Source of the DNA: Myxococcales bacterium
Lineage (GTDB): Bacteria; Myxococcota_A; Polyangia; Nannocystales; Nannocystaceae
DNA length: 52,715 nucleotides
Assembly (NCBI GenBank): GCA_020633295.1
Contig: JACKDW010000006.1
Span: forward strand, 462,181-514,895
Reading direction: 5' to 3'
Below are positions 9,593 to 17,642 of the stretch, one piece after another. The translations under genes were made by a program, and so were the position numbers. Numbering within the stretch: position 1 is the stretch's first letter; every line of letters begins with the position of its first letter. The notes beneath the pieces were generated by a model. It did not search any database. It was not told the origin of the DNA and worked only from the letters and a program-made list of their open reading frames with translations.

Positions 9593-9757
9593 TCATGAGC
9601 GTAGCGGCGCGCGATCCGTCGCGCGTCGACCATCGGTGATCCGCAGCGCGGGGCGCTTGCGGAGATCAACGCGATAACCGGACTCAAAGAACAGACTCAG
9701 GAGCCCGAGCCCGAGGGAGAAGAAGCAACCGGCGAGTACGATGGTTGAAAATGACAT
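9593..9757 (-). CDS. Possible small membrane protein (54 aa)
   Basis: From the internal ATG at 9755-9757: MSFSTIVLAGCFFSLGLGLLSLFFESGYRVDLRKRPALR..., a single hydrophobic helix, with AGGA 8 nt upstream. Lies in an AT-richer 790-bp gap. Weak. Confidence 0.3.
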   Translation of the reverse strand: MSFSTIVLAGCFFSLGLGLLSLFFESGYRVDLRKRPALRITDGRRATDRAPLRS

Positions 9758-9931
9758 AGCGTGTCCTGTACCGGCTGCCACTAAGCAGACTCCAGGCCAA
9801 GCCCACGCGAACGCCAACCGTCTGATTTTTCTACACTTCACCACCCGCCCCCACAGGGAAGCCGGCCAGTCGGCTGGCCATCCCTGACCACTTTGGTTGC
9901 CCCCGCCGAGCGCGGGGCCAGCGGCCAGCGC

Positions 9932-11635
9932 TCAGCCGAGGCCGTACGCGCGAACCCGGTACTCGTCGAGCATCCGCTGGGCGTTGAAGTAGGACCCCGC
10001 CAGGGCGATCGAGCCGCGCATGACCTCGGACCACGCGTGGGGGTTGTCCCGGTACATCGGGAGCACCACCGCGTCGAGCAGTCGATACAGCTGATCCGCT
10101 TCGGCATCATCGGCGTCGTCCCCGTGATGGCCGTGGGGCTCAATCGCCCAGCCGGTGTGCCCGATGATGCAGCCCTCGACCCACCAGCCGTCGCGCACGC
10201 TGAGGTTGGGCACACCGTTGTGCGAGGCCTTCATCCCGCTCGTGCCCGACGCCTCGAGCGGCGCCCGCGGCGTGTTGAGCCAAAGATCAACACCAGAGGT
10301 CAGCAAGAGCCCGAGATCCATGTTGTACCCGGGGATATAGGTCAGCTGGATGTCGGGACCGACGCGCGCGCGCAGCCCGTGAATCTCGGAGATGAGCCGC
10401 TGCCCCTCCTCGTCGCGGGGATGCGCTTTGCCAGAGTACACGAGCTGCAGGCGCCCGTGACGCGCGGCGATCGCCCGAAGCCGCTCGATGTCGCGGAGCA
10501 CCAGCGTCGGGCGCTTGTAGGCGGTCGCGCGCCGGGCGTATCCGATCGTGAAGACGTCGGGATCGAGCTGCACGCCGCAGCGTGTCGCTACCTCGGCGAG
10601 CAGCGCGCGCTTGGCCGCGTTGTGGGCGGCGACGATCTCGTCGAGCGGGATCCGCTCCGCGAGGCGAAGCGCGTAGTTCTGGTGGCGCCACTGCGGGATG
10701 TGACGATCAAACAGCGCGCGAAACGACGGGCTCGTCCAGCTCGTGGAGTGCACGCCGTTGGTGATCGCGTGGATCTCGTGGCCGGGGAACATCCCGCGGG
10801 AGACTTCGCCGTGACGCCGCGCGACGCCGTTGACGAAGCCGCTCAGCGCCAGCCCGAGCCGGCTCATATTGAGCTCGGCGTGCTCCTGCTCGGGGAGGCG
10901 AGAGAACAGCGCGAGCCCCTTCTCGCCGAGCACGCGCCGCGCGAGGTCACGCGAGAACGAGTCATGTCCCGCCGGCACGGGCGTGTGAGTCGTGAACACG
11001 CAGGCGGCGCGTACGTCGTCGATCGCCTCGGCGAGCTGCGCGTCGCCGGGACCCTCGAGCTTCGCGCGCAGCAGATCGAGCGCGAGCAGGGACGAGTGCC
11101 CCTCATTCATATGGTAGACGCGCGGCGTGTAGCCGAGCGCGGCGAGCATCCGGCGCCCGCCGATCCCGAGGATGATCTCCTGGGCGAGGCGATAGCGCTC
11201 ATCTCCGCCGTAGAGATGATCCGTGAAGCGTCGATCGTCGGGGCTGTTGGGCGCGATATCGACATCGAGGTACAGGATCGGGATCACGTGCCCGTCGATG
11301 CCCGAAAGACGCAGGATCCAGGCCTGCACGGCGACGACGCGCCCCTCGATCTCGACGGTGACGCTCGGGTGCTCGAGACGCTCGAGGTGCTCGGACGGCT
11401 CCCACTCGACCGGGGCGACCTCCTGGCGTCCGTCGCTGGTAATGCGCTGCTGAAAGTACCCCTGGCGATGGAGCAACGTCACCGCCACAAGCGGCAGGCC
11501 CATGTCCGCGGCGGCGCGCAGCGTGTCCCCGGCCAGCACGCCGAGTCCACCCGAGTAAGTTGGGATACGCGCGGACAGCCCGATCTCCATGGAGAAGTAC
11601 GCGATCTGAGCGGGAGGCGTGATGTGGTCTGGCAT
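9932..11635 (-). CDS. glgP: Alpha-glucan (glycogen/maltodextrin) phosphorylase, GT35 family
   Basis: 567 aa. N-terminus IAYFSMEIGL...GGLGVLAGD and the PLP-site region EASGTSGMKASHNGVPNLSVRDGWWVEG are characteristic of the short alpha-glucan phosphorylases. Confidence 0.9.
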   Translation of the reverse strand: MPDHITPPAQIAYFSMEIGLSARIPTYSGGLGVLAGDTLRAAADMGLPLVAVTLLHRQGYFQQRITSDGRQEVAPVEWEPSEHLERLEHPSVTVEIEGRVVAVQAWILRLSGIDGHVIPILYLDVDIAPNSPDDRRFTDHLYGGDERYRLAQEIILGIGGRRMLAALGYTPRVYHMNEGHSSLLALDLLRAKLEGPGDAQLAEAIDDVRAACVFTTHTPVPAGHDSFSRDLARRVLGEKGLALFSRLPEQEHAELNMSRLGLALSGFVNGVARRHGEVSRGMFPGHEIHAITNGVHSTSWTSPSFRALFDRHIPQWRHQNYALRLAERIPLDEIVAAHNAAKRALLAEVATRCGVQLDPDVFTIGYARRATAYKRPTLVLRDIERLRAIAARHGRLQLVYSGKAHPRDEEGQRLISEIHGLRARVGPDIQLTYIPGYNMDLGLLLTSGVDLWLNTPRAPLEASGTSGMKASHNGVPNLSVRDGWWVEGCIIGHTGWAIEPHGHHGDDADDAEADQLYRLLDAVVLPMYRDNPHAWSEVMRGSIALAGSYFNAQRMLDEYRVRAYGLG

Positions 11636-11768
11636 GTCGAGCGACGGATCATTCCGGCCACGCGTTCGCGGGTCAAGACCGCGAGGTCACGCTGTACACA
11701 CGCACAGACGCGCGCAAGCGCGTTCGCGCCGGGGCCCGCGTCGTCACGCGCACGACCAACACGCTTCG

Positions 11769-14429
11769 CTATCGCCGCCGTCGTCGGCCCGACGACGCGA
11801 CCGCGAGCAGGAGCAGCGCGGCGAGGGACGGCCCACGCTCGCGGGTCGTGCTGCACGCGCATCCCGAGCCGCCACCGTCTTCGTCGAAGCCGGTCTCTGT
11901 GCCGCTCGTCGCCGTCGATCCGGCCGTGGTGCTCGCGGGGCCGTCGCTCGACGCGGCCGAGCCATCGCTGCTCGCGTCCACCGTGCTCGCGTCGGATCCT
12001 GAGCCCGTGGTCGTCGACGAGTCCTCCGTCGTCCCGCCGGTCTCGCTGTCCGTCGTTCCGGTCGTCTCGCCCGGGTCCTCCCCGTAGTACGCGCCGCACG
12101 CTGGCTCCGAGAACATCCCGGCCCGATGCGCGAGCGAGAGCGTGTAGGCGCCCGCGCCGAAGCCGAGCATCGGCGTGTTGAATTTGTAGGTCCCGTCGTT
12201 CTCGTCGAAGGTCTCCGCGACCATGAGGAAGTTGGCGAGCGCCTGGTCGAGCACCCAGTTCGTGAGCGCGTCGGCCCGCGCCGCGTCGCCGGCCATCCGC
12301 TTGGCGATCGACCCGCGAAGATCGGTGATCACCCACTCGGCGCTGTCGTAGTCGCTGCCCCAGGGGCTCACGTCCTCGGCGTTCGCGTGATCCCAGCGAT
12401 CGTCGTTGCGCGACCAGCCCTCGCCGGCCGCGACCGCGAGGTGCGCGTCGAGGCCGTCGAGCGTCGCCTGCGCGATCGGACCGGTCGGATCAAACAGCCC
12501 CATGGCGATCGCGTCGAGCACGGCCGCGTCCCAGTAGCCCTCGCCGACCGCGAGCTCCTCGGTGTTGACCGCGATCGCGCCGCCGCCGTCCGTGAGCCGC
12601 GCGGCGATCGCCCCGCGGAGCGCCTCGGCGGCCGCTTGATACGCCGACGCCCGCGCCGCGTCGCCGCGCCGCTCGGCGATCGCGGCGGCGTCGCACAGGC
12701 CCCGCGCCGCCGTGATGTTCGTGTAGGCGAAGTGGCGCTCGCGCCCGTTCCAGTGCGTCTCCCAGATCGACGAGTCGGGGCGCAGCAGGCCGGTGTCGGG
12801 CTCGATCAACGCGAGGATGACATCGGCGATCTCGGTCGCTATCAGCTCCCAGTTGTCGTCGGCCACGCTCGTGTCGCCGGTCGCGATCTCGTAGACGCGC
12901 AGCGCCCACAGAAACAGCCCGAAGCCGTCGAACTCGAGGTTGGGGCCGAAGTCGTTGAAGTCCGTCTCCTCGACGCCGAAGCCGTAGTAGCGCACCAGGC
13001 TGATCTGGTAATCGGGCATGTCGTACGAGGCGAGCTCGCCCCAGTCCTTGAAGCGGCCTGCCTCTGCGTTCAGGTAGAATCGCAGGCCGTCGCGCGCCTC
13101 GTCGGCCATCCCGAGGATCGCCATGGCCGCGACCCCGTAGGCGCCGTCGCGGATCCACGCGTACGTCCAGTTGCCCGGGGGCATGCTCGCGAGCAGCGCC
13201 CCGCGCGCGTTGTGCTCGACCTCCGCGGGCAACACCGCCGGGTCATCGGCGCCGGCGGGGAAGCGGGTCCTGCGGACATCCCCGTCGCTCGCGAGGTGCT
13301 CGCGGAGGAAGTAGCGATCCTCCTGCACCTGTCCCATGCGCAACATCGCCGCCGAGTGCCGCACGAGCGTCTCCTCGTCATCACCGAGCCCGTCGGGCGG
13401 GGTGAGCGTGCTCTGGAACGCGGCCCACGCCCCGAGCTCGGCCTCGACGAGCGTCTGCGCGCCCTGCCCCCCCGCGTAGTCCTCGAGCCACTGCTGCGCC
13501 GCGTCGCCCGCGAAGGGGTCGGGGTGATGCGCGAACGCGACGCCCGCCCACGCCTCCGCGCCCGCGTCGATCGTCCCGAGGTCGAACTGCAGCGCCGCGA
13601 CCGATCCATCGACCGCGTCGGCAGGCGGCGCGTTGTCCGGGAGGTCCGCGAGCGAGTCCTTCACGAGGTCATAGACGGCGACGCCGGGCGCGAAGCCCTT
13701 GTGCGCGATCGGTCCGAGGGCGCGGGTCGCGATGGCGCCGGCGAAGCCGCGCTCGAGGATCGTCTGGCCCGCGTCGGTGATCGTCTCGCCGTTCTCGCCG
13801 ATATCCTGCCCGACCTCCCAGGGCGAATTCGCGCGCCCGTACCCCAGATGAAAGTTGCTCAGCGAGAACGCCTGCACGCCCGGGAGCGCCTGATTCGAGT
13901 TGTTGCGCACGCGCAGCGCGAGCACGACGGCGGCGCGGGGAACGTCGCGCGGCGCGAACACGAAGGTCGTGAACTCGAGGTCGCCAGCGTGCTGCACCAC
14001 CGCCACGACCCCCGACCCGCCTGTCGCCTCCGACGTGTAGCCCACGTACCCGCTGGCGTCGTGGTCGACGGGGAGCTCGGTCAGCCAGAACTGCTCTCCG
14101 GCGACCCGCGCGCCGAAGTAGGCGTCGAACACGAGATCACGGGTGTAGACGGCGGCGAATTGGCCCCCGTCCCAGATCTCCTCGCCGTTCTCGTCGAGCT
14201 GGGGCTCCTCGGCGGCGAACAGGTGCTCGCGAAATTGCTCGAGCTTCCCGCTCTCGAGGTTCACCAAGCCGGCGCCGTGTCCATTCGAAAACGGCAGCTC
14301 AAAGCGCGTGCGCTGGACGGGCACGGCGGCCCGGGCGTCGGTCCCCAGCGCCCCCGCGAGCGTCAGGGTCACGAGCGAGAAGACCGCCACACCCCGACCG
14401 GGGGCTTGAGAGAGCAGGCGCGCGCACAT
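11769..14429 (-). CDS. Secreted GH15 glycoside hydrolase (glucoamylase/glucodextranase-like) with MYXO-CTERM tag
   Basis: 886 aa. Signal peptide; GH15-like (alpha/alpha)6 region with a WIRDGAY motif; C-terminal Thr/Ser/Gly-rich linker; then GGGSGCACSTTRERGPSLAALLLLAVASSGRRRRR. Confidence 0.8.
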   Translation of the reverse strand: MCARLLSQAPGRGVAVFSLVTLTLAGALGTDARAAVPVQRTRFELPFSNGHGAGLVNLESGKLEQFREHLFAAEEPQLDENGEEIWDGGQFAAVYTRDLVFDAYFGARVAGEQFWLTELPVDHDASGYVGYTSEATGGSGVVAVVQHAGDLEFTTFVFAPRDVPRAAVVLALRVRNNSNQALPGVQAFSLSNFHLGYGRANSPWEVGQDIGENGETITDAGQTILERGFAGAIATRALGPIAHKGFAPGVAVYDLVKDSLADLPDNAPPADAVDGSVAALQFDLGTIDAGAEAWAGVAFAHHPDPFAGDAAQQWLEDYAGGQGAQTLVEAELGAWAAFQSTLTPPDGLGDDEETLVRHSAAMLRMGQVQEDRYFLREHLASDGDVRRTRFPAGADDPAVLPAEVEHNARGALLASMPPGNWTYAWIRDGAYGVAAMAILGMADEARDGLRFYLNAEAGRFKDWGELASYDMPDYQISLVRYYGFGVEETDFNDFGPNLEFDGFGLFLWALRVYEIATGDTSVADDNWELIATEIADVILALIEPDTGLLRPDSSIWETHWNGRERHFAYTNITAARGLCDAAAIAERRGDAARASAYQAAAEALRGAIAARLTDGGGAIAVNTEELAVGEGYWDAAVLDAIAMGLFDPTGPIAQATLDGLDAHLAVAAGEGWSRNDDRWDHANAEDVSPWGSDYDSAEWVITDLRGSIAKRMAGDAARADALTNWVLDQALANFLMVAETFDENDGTYKFNTPMLGFGAGAYTLSLAHRAGMFSEPACGAYYGEDPGETTGTTDSETGGTTEDSSTTTGSGSDASTVDASSDGSAASSDGPASTTAGSTATSGTETGFDEDGGGSGCACSTTRERGPSLAALLLLAVASSGRRRRR

Positions 14430-14489
14430 GCACAGAATCTACTCCGAGTTCTCGCCCGGGAGGGCGACGCATTTTTGTATCGTGATGCC

Positions 14490-16883
14490 ATGCGCTCGCT
14501 CCCTGCACTCGTCGTGTTCACCGCCGTCGTCGGCATCGCCTGCGGCTCGGGCGACTCCGAGTCGACTGAGTCCAGCGACTCGACGCCGACGATGCCGTCG
14601 ACGAGCGAAGGACCGGTGCAGGTCAGCGAGACCGACGGGACCAGCGGCGGCGCCACCGGCTCGAGCGACACCACGACGGGCTCGCCCACAAGCGACACCG
14701 ACTCCACGACGGACGTCGAGACCACCACCGACACCGGCGGAGACGAGCTCGCCTGCCCGACCGAATTCCGCTTCGCGCTCCCCGGCGGCGCTTCGAATCC
14801 GCGCGTCGCGGGGGCGTGGCACGGCTTTGAGCTCGCGACCGCGACCGCGCTCGAAGGCCCCGACGGCGACGGCTACTACACGGCGACGATCGAGCTCGAG
14901 CCGGGGCTCTGGGCCTACAAGATCGTCTACGAGCAGGGCGGCGAGACGCGCTGGGAATTCGATCCGGAGCGCGCGCGACGAACCTACGTCAACGAGATCG
15001 AGAACTCCGCCGCGCTCGTGCGCGACTGCAGCCGCCCCGCGCTCGCGGTGAAGAGTTCGAACGCGACCAGCGACGGCTCGTTCACCGCGTCGCTGTCGTA
15101 CATCGACGGGATCACGGGGGATGGCCCCGCGCCCGCGGACTACACGGCCACGCTCGACGACGAGGGGACCGAGAGCCCGTTGAGCGCCGACGAATTCCAG
15201 ATTGATCCCGACAGCGGTGACGTCTCGATCGCGGTGAGTTCACTCACCGCCGGCAAGTACACGATTCGGGTGGCGGCCGCCGACACCAGCGGGCGCGAGT
15301 CCGAGGTCCTCCGGCTCGTGTTCTGGATCGAGGACGAACCCTACGACTGGAACGGCGCGCTGATTTACATGGTCATGACCGACCGGTTTCGCGACGGAGA
15401 TCCCGGCAACAACGGCGGTCCGACGCCGCCTGCCGATCCCCGGGGGGACTGGCAAGGAGGCGACTTCGAAGGTCTCCGCCAGAAGATCGCCGACGGCACG
15501 CTCGATCAGCTCGGCGTGCGCGCGATCTGGATGACCCCGTTCCAGACCAACCCCTCGGGCCCCTACCTCGCCGCCGACGGGCTCCACCACGTCACCGGCT
15601 ACCACGGCTACTGGCCGATCGCCGCGCGCGAGGCGGACGCGCGACTCGGCGGCGCCGCGGCTCTCCACGCGCTCGTCAAGGAGGCCCACGCGCACGGGAT
15701 CCGCATCCTCCAGGACTTCGTGATCAACCACGTGCACGAGGACCACGAGTACATGACGGAGCACCCGGATTGGTTCCGCACCGGCTGCGTCTGCGGCACG
15801 CAGGACTGCGACTGGACCGGGCACGCGCTCGACTGCATGTTCGCGCCCTATCTCCCCGACATCGACCACCGCGTGACCGAGGCCAACGCGGCCTTCGTCG
15901 ACGACGCGATCTGGTGGCTCGACGAGTTCAACCTCGACGGGCTCCGCGTCGACGCGGTCAAGCACGTCGAGGAGGCCGCCACCCGCAACCTCGCCGCGGC
16001 CGTCCGCGAGGGCTTCGAACCCGCCGGTACGCGCTACTTCCTCATGGGCGAGACCGCGATGGGCTGGTCCGACTGCCCCGACCCCTGCAACGACGAGAAC
16101 TACGGGACCATCTCGAAGTACGTCGGCCCGCTCAACCTCGACGGGCAATTCGACTTCGTCCTCTACCACGCGGTCTCTTACAACACCTTCGCCTACGGCA
16201 ACAAAGGCATGCTGCACGCCGCCTACTGGCTCGAGCACGGACTCGAGAAGTGGCCGGACGACGCCGTCATGACGCCCTACATCGGCAGCCACGACACCCC
16301 GCGCTTCGTCTCGCTCGCGGACTATCGCGGGCAGGACGGCGCGCACGACCCCGGCGTCGCCCACAGCCAGTGGGACAACGTCGCCGAAGCGCCCGGCGAT
16401 CCGGAACCCTACCGCCGCGCGCGGATCGGCATGGCCTGGCTGCTCGGCCTCCCGGGCGCGCCGCTGCTCTACTACGGCGATGAGTACGGTCAGTGGGGCG
16501 GGGCCGACCCCAACAACCGACAGATGTGGCGCTCGGAGGACGCGCTGAACCCTGACGAGTCGCAGACGCTCGACTTCGTCCGCCAGCTCGGCGCCGCGCG
16601 GTCCAACATCCCGGCGCTGCGCGTCGGCACCTACGTCGCCCTCGACGCGACCGAGGACAGCATCGTGTTCGGGCGTCACCTCGCGGGCGGCGAGTCAGCC
16701 GTCGTCGCGGTGACGCGCGCGGACCAGGCGCAGCAGCTCTCGGTCAACGTGAGCGAGTCGCTGGGGCTCGCGCCCGGGACCGTGCTCGCGGACGCGCTCG
16801 GGGGGCCCGACGCGACAGTGTCGGTCGTCGGGAACCTGATCGTGAACATCCCCCCGAGCGGCGCCGTGATCCTCGCGCCCTGA
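14490..16883 (+). CDS. Secreted alpha-amylase-family (GH13) lipoprotein with N-terminal Thr/Ser-rich linker and Ig-like domains
   Basis: Start at the ATG at 14490 (MRSLPALVVFTAVVGIACGSG, lipobox). GH13 conserved regions: DFVINH, GLRVDAVKH, GYHGYW, FLMGE and IGSHDTPRF. The 5' part of the 1585-aa ORF 12126..16883 is an antisense shadow of the GH15 gene. Confidence 0.9.
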   Translation: MRSLPALVVFTAVVGIACGSGDSESTESSDSTPTMPSTSEGPVQVSETDGTSGGATGSSDTTTGSPTSDTDSTTDVETTTDTGGDELACPTEFRFALPGGASNPRVAGAWHGFELATATALEGPDGDGYYTATIELEPGLWAYKIVYEQGGETRWEFDPERARRTYVNEIENSAALVRDCSRPALAVKSSNATSDGSFTASLSYIDGITGDGPAPADYTATLDDEGTESPLSADEFQIDPDSGDVSIAVSSLTAGKYTIRVAAADTSGRESEVLRLVFWIEDEPYDWNGALIYMVMTDRFRDGDPGNNGGPTPPADPRGDWQGGDFEGLRQKIADGTLDQLGVRAIWMTPFQTNPSGPYLAADGLHHVTGYHGYWPIAAREADARLGGAAALHALVKEAHAHGIRILQDFVINHVHEDHEYMTEHPDWFRTGCVCGTQDCDWTGHALDCMFAPYLPDIDHRVTEANAAFVDDAIWWLDEFNLDGLRVDAVKHVEEAATRNLAAAVREGFEPAGTRYFLMGETAMGWSDCPDPCNDENYGTISKYVGPLNLDGQFDFVLYHAVSYNTFAYGNKGMLHAAYWLEHGLEKWPDDAVMTPYIGSHDTPRFVSLADYRGQDGAHDPGVAHSQWDNVAEAPGDPEPYRRARIGMAWLLGLPGAPLLYYGDEYGQWGGADPNNRQMWRSEDALNPDESQTLDFVRQLGAARSNIPALRVGTYVALDATEDSIVFGRHLAGGESAVVAVTRADQAQQLSVNVSESLGLAPGTVLADALGGPDATVSVVGNLIVNIPPSGAVILAP

Positions 16884-17212
16884 CGAGGTCGCGGCGCGTG
16901 TCCCCGCGGCCATCTTCGAGCACAACCTCAAAAAACACGAAGTTTCTCGTTGACAGCCTTGCCGGCTGCGGCTACACCAACCACGCTCCACCAATATTGT
17001 GGTTGGAGGTCACGTCATGAATCGTTCCACGCACACAACAGGCATCCGCGCACCCATGGCGGACCGCGTCCTGTTCCTCGCCCCAGGTGGCGAGGGATAC
17101 GCGTGTTGAGCAGTTCCCGGCGTGAAAACGTTTATCTAGCGAGCCTCTCGTGGATTGACGCCGAAGCGCCGGGCCTCTCGGCACGCGCGGTCAGCCCTCG
17201 AAGACGCACTAC

Positions 17213-17284
17213 GCTGGCGTAGCTCAACGGTAGAGCACCTGCTTTGTAACCAGGTGGCTGTGGGTTCGACTCCCACCGCCAGCT
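17213..17284 (+). tRNA. tRNA-Thr (anticodon TGT)
   Basis: Manual cloverleaf: 7-bp acceptor stem GCTGGCG/CGCCAGC; D-arm GCTC-AACGGTA-GAGC; anticodon arm CCTGC-TTTGTAA-CCAGG (one C-C mismatch at the loop-proximal pair); T-arm GTGGG-TTCGACT-CCCAC. CCA is not encoded. Confidence 0.7.
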
Positions 17285-17324
17285 CAACGGTGCCTGATGA
17301 CCACCATCTTCAGGACCTCCGCGT

Positions 17325-17536
17325 CGCGTTGGTTGTCGAGTTGTTATCGAGCTGAGTTGTTATCGAGCTGCGTTGTTATCGCGTTGAACTGGTATCGAGT
17401 TGCGTTGTTATCGAGCTGCGTTGTTATCGCGTTGAACTGGTATCGAGCTGCGTTGTTATCGCGTTGAGCTGGTATCGCGTTGAGCTGTTATCGCGTTGAG
17501 CTGGTATCGAGCTGCGTTGCTATCGTGTTGAGCTGC
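17325..17536. repeat. AT-rich tandem array of about 13 degenerate 16-bp units (GTTGTTATCGAGCTGC / GTTGTTATCGCGTTGA / ACTGGTATCGAGCTGC, 48-bp higher-order unit), just 3' of tRNA-Thr
   Basis: Direct reading of 17325-17536. The units are contiguous with no spacers, so this is not a CRISPR array. GC is far below the genomic 70%. Confidence 0.75.
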
Positions 17537-17642
17537 CCGAGATTGGATCACAACCCGTAGACATCAAGTATCGCGCTGAGTAGCGTAGATCATGGGCCCG
17601 CCGCCGGTTTCACCGGCGCGCGGGCCCACCCGTTTCAGCGGC

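Noticed and set aside
9893-12181. 762-aa ORF (+) spanning the glgP and GH15 genes on the opposite strand
   Set aside because: Shadow ORF. glgP and GH15 on the minus strand have clear family motifs.
12126-14489. 5' two-thirds of the 1585-aa ORF 12126..16883
   Set aside because: Only the portion from the ATG at 14490 has a signal peptide and GH13 motifs. The upstream part is antisense to GH15 and Arg/Val-rich.
16950-16978. TTGACA-N17-TACACC promoter-like element about 235 bp upstream of tRNA-Thr, next to an imperfect palindrome around CAATATTG (16985-17010)
   Set aside because: The -10 is weak and too far from the tRNA 5' end to assign confidently. A sigma70 consensus may not even apply in this organism.
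17325-17536. Possible CRISPR array
   Set aside because: Repeats are contiguous 16-bp units without unique spacers, and there are no cas genes in the window.
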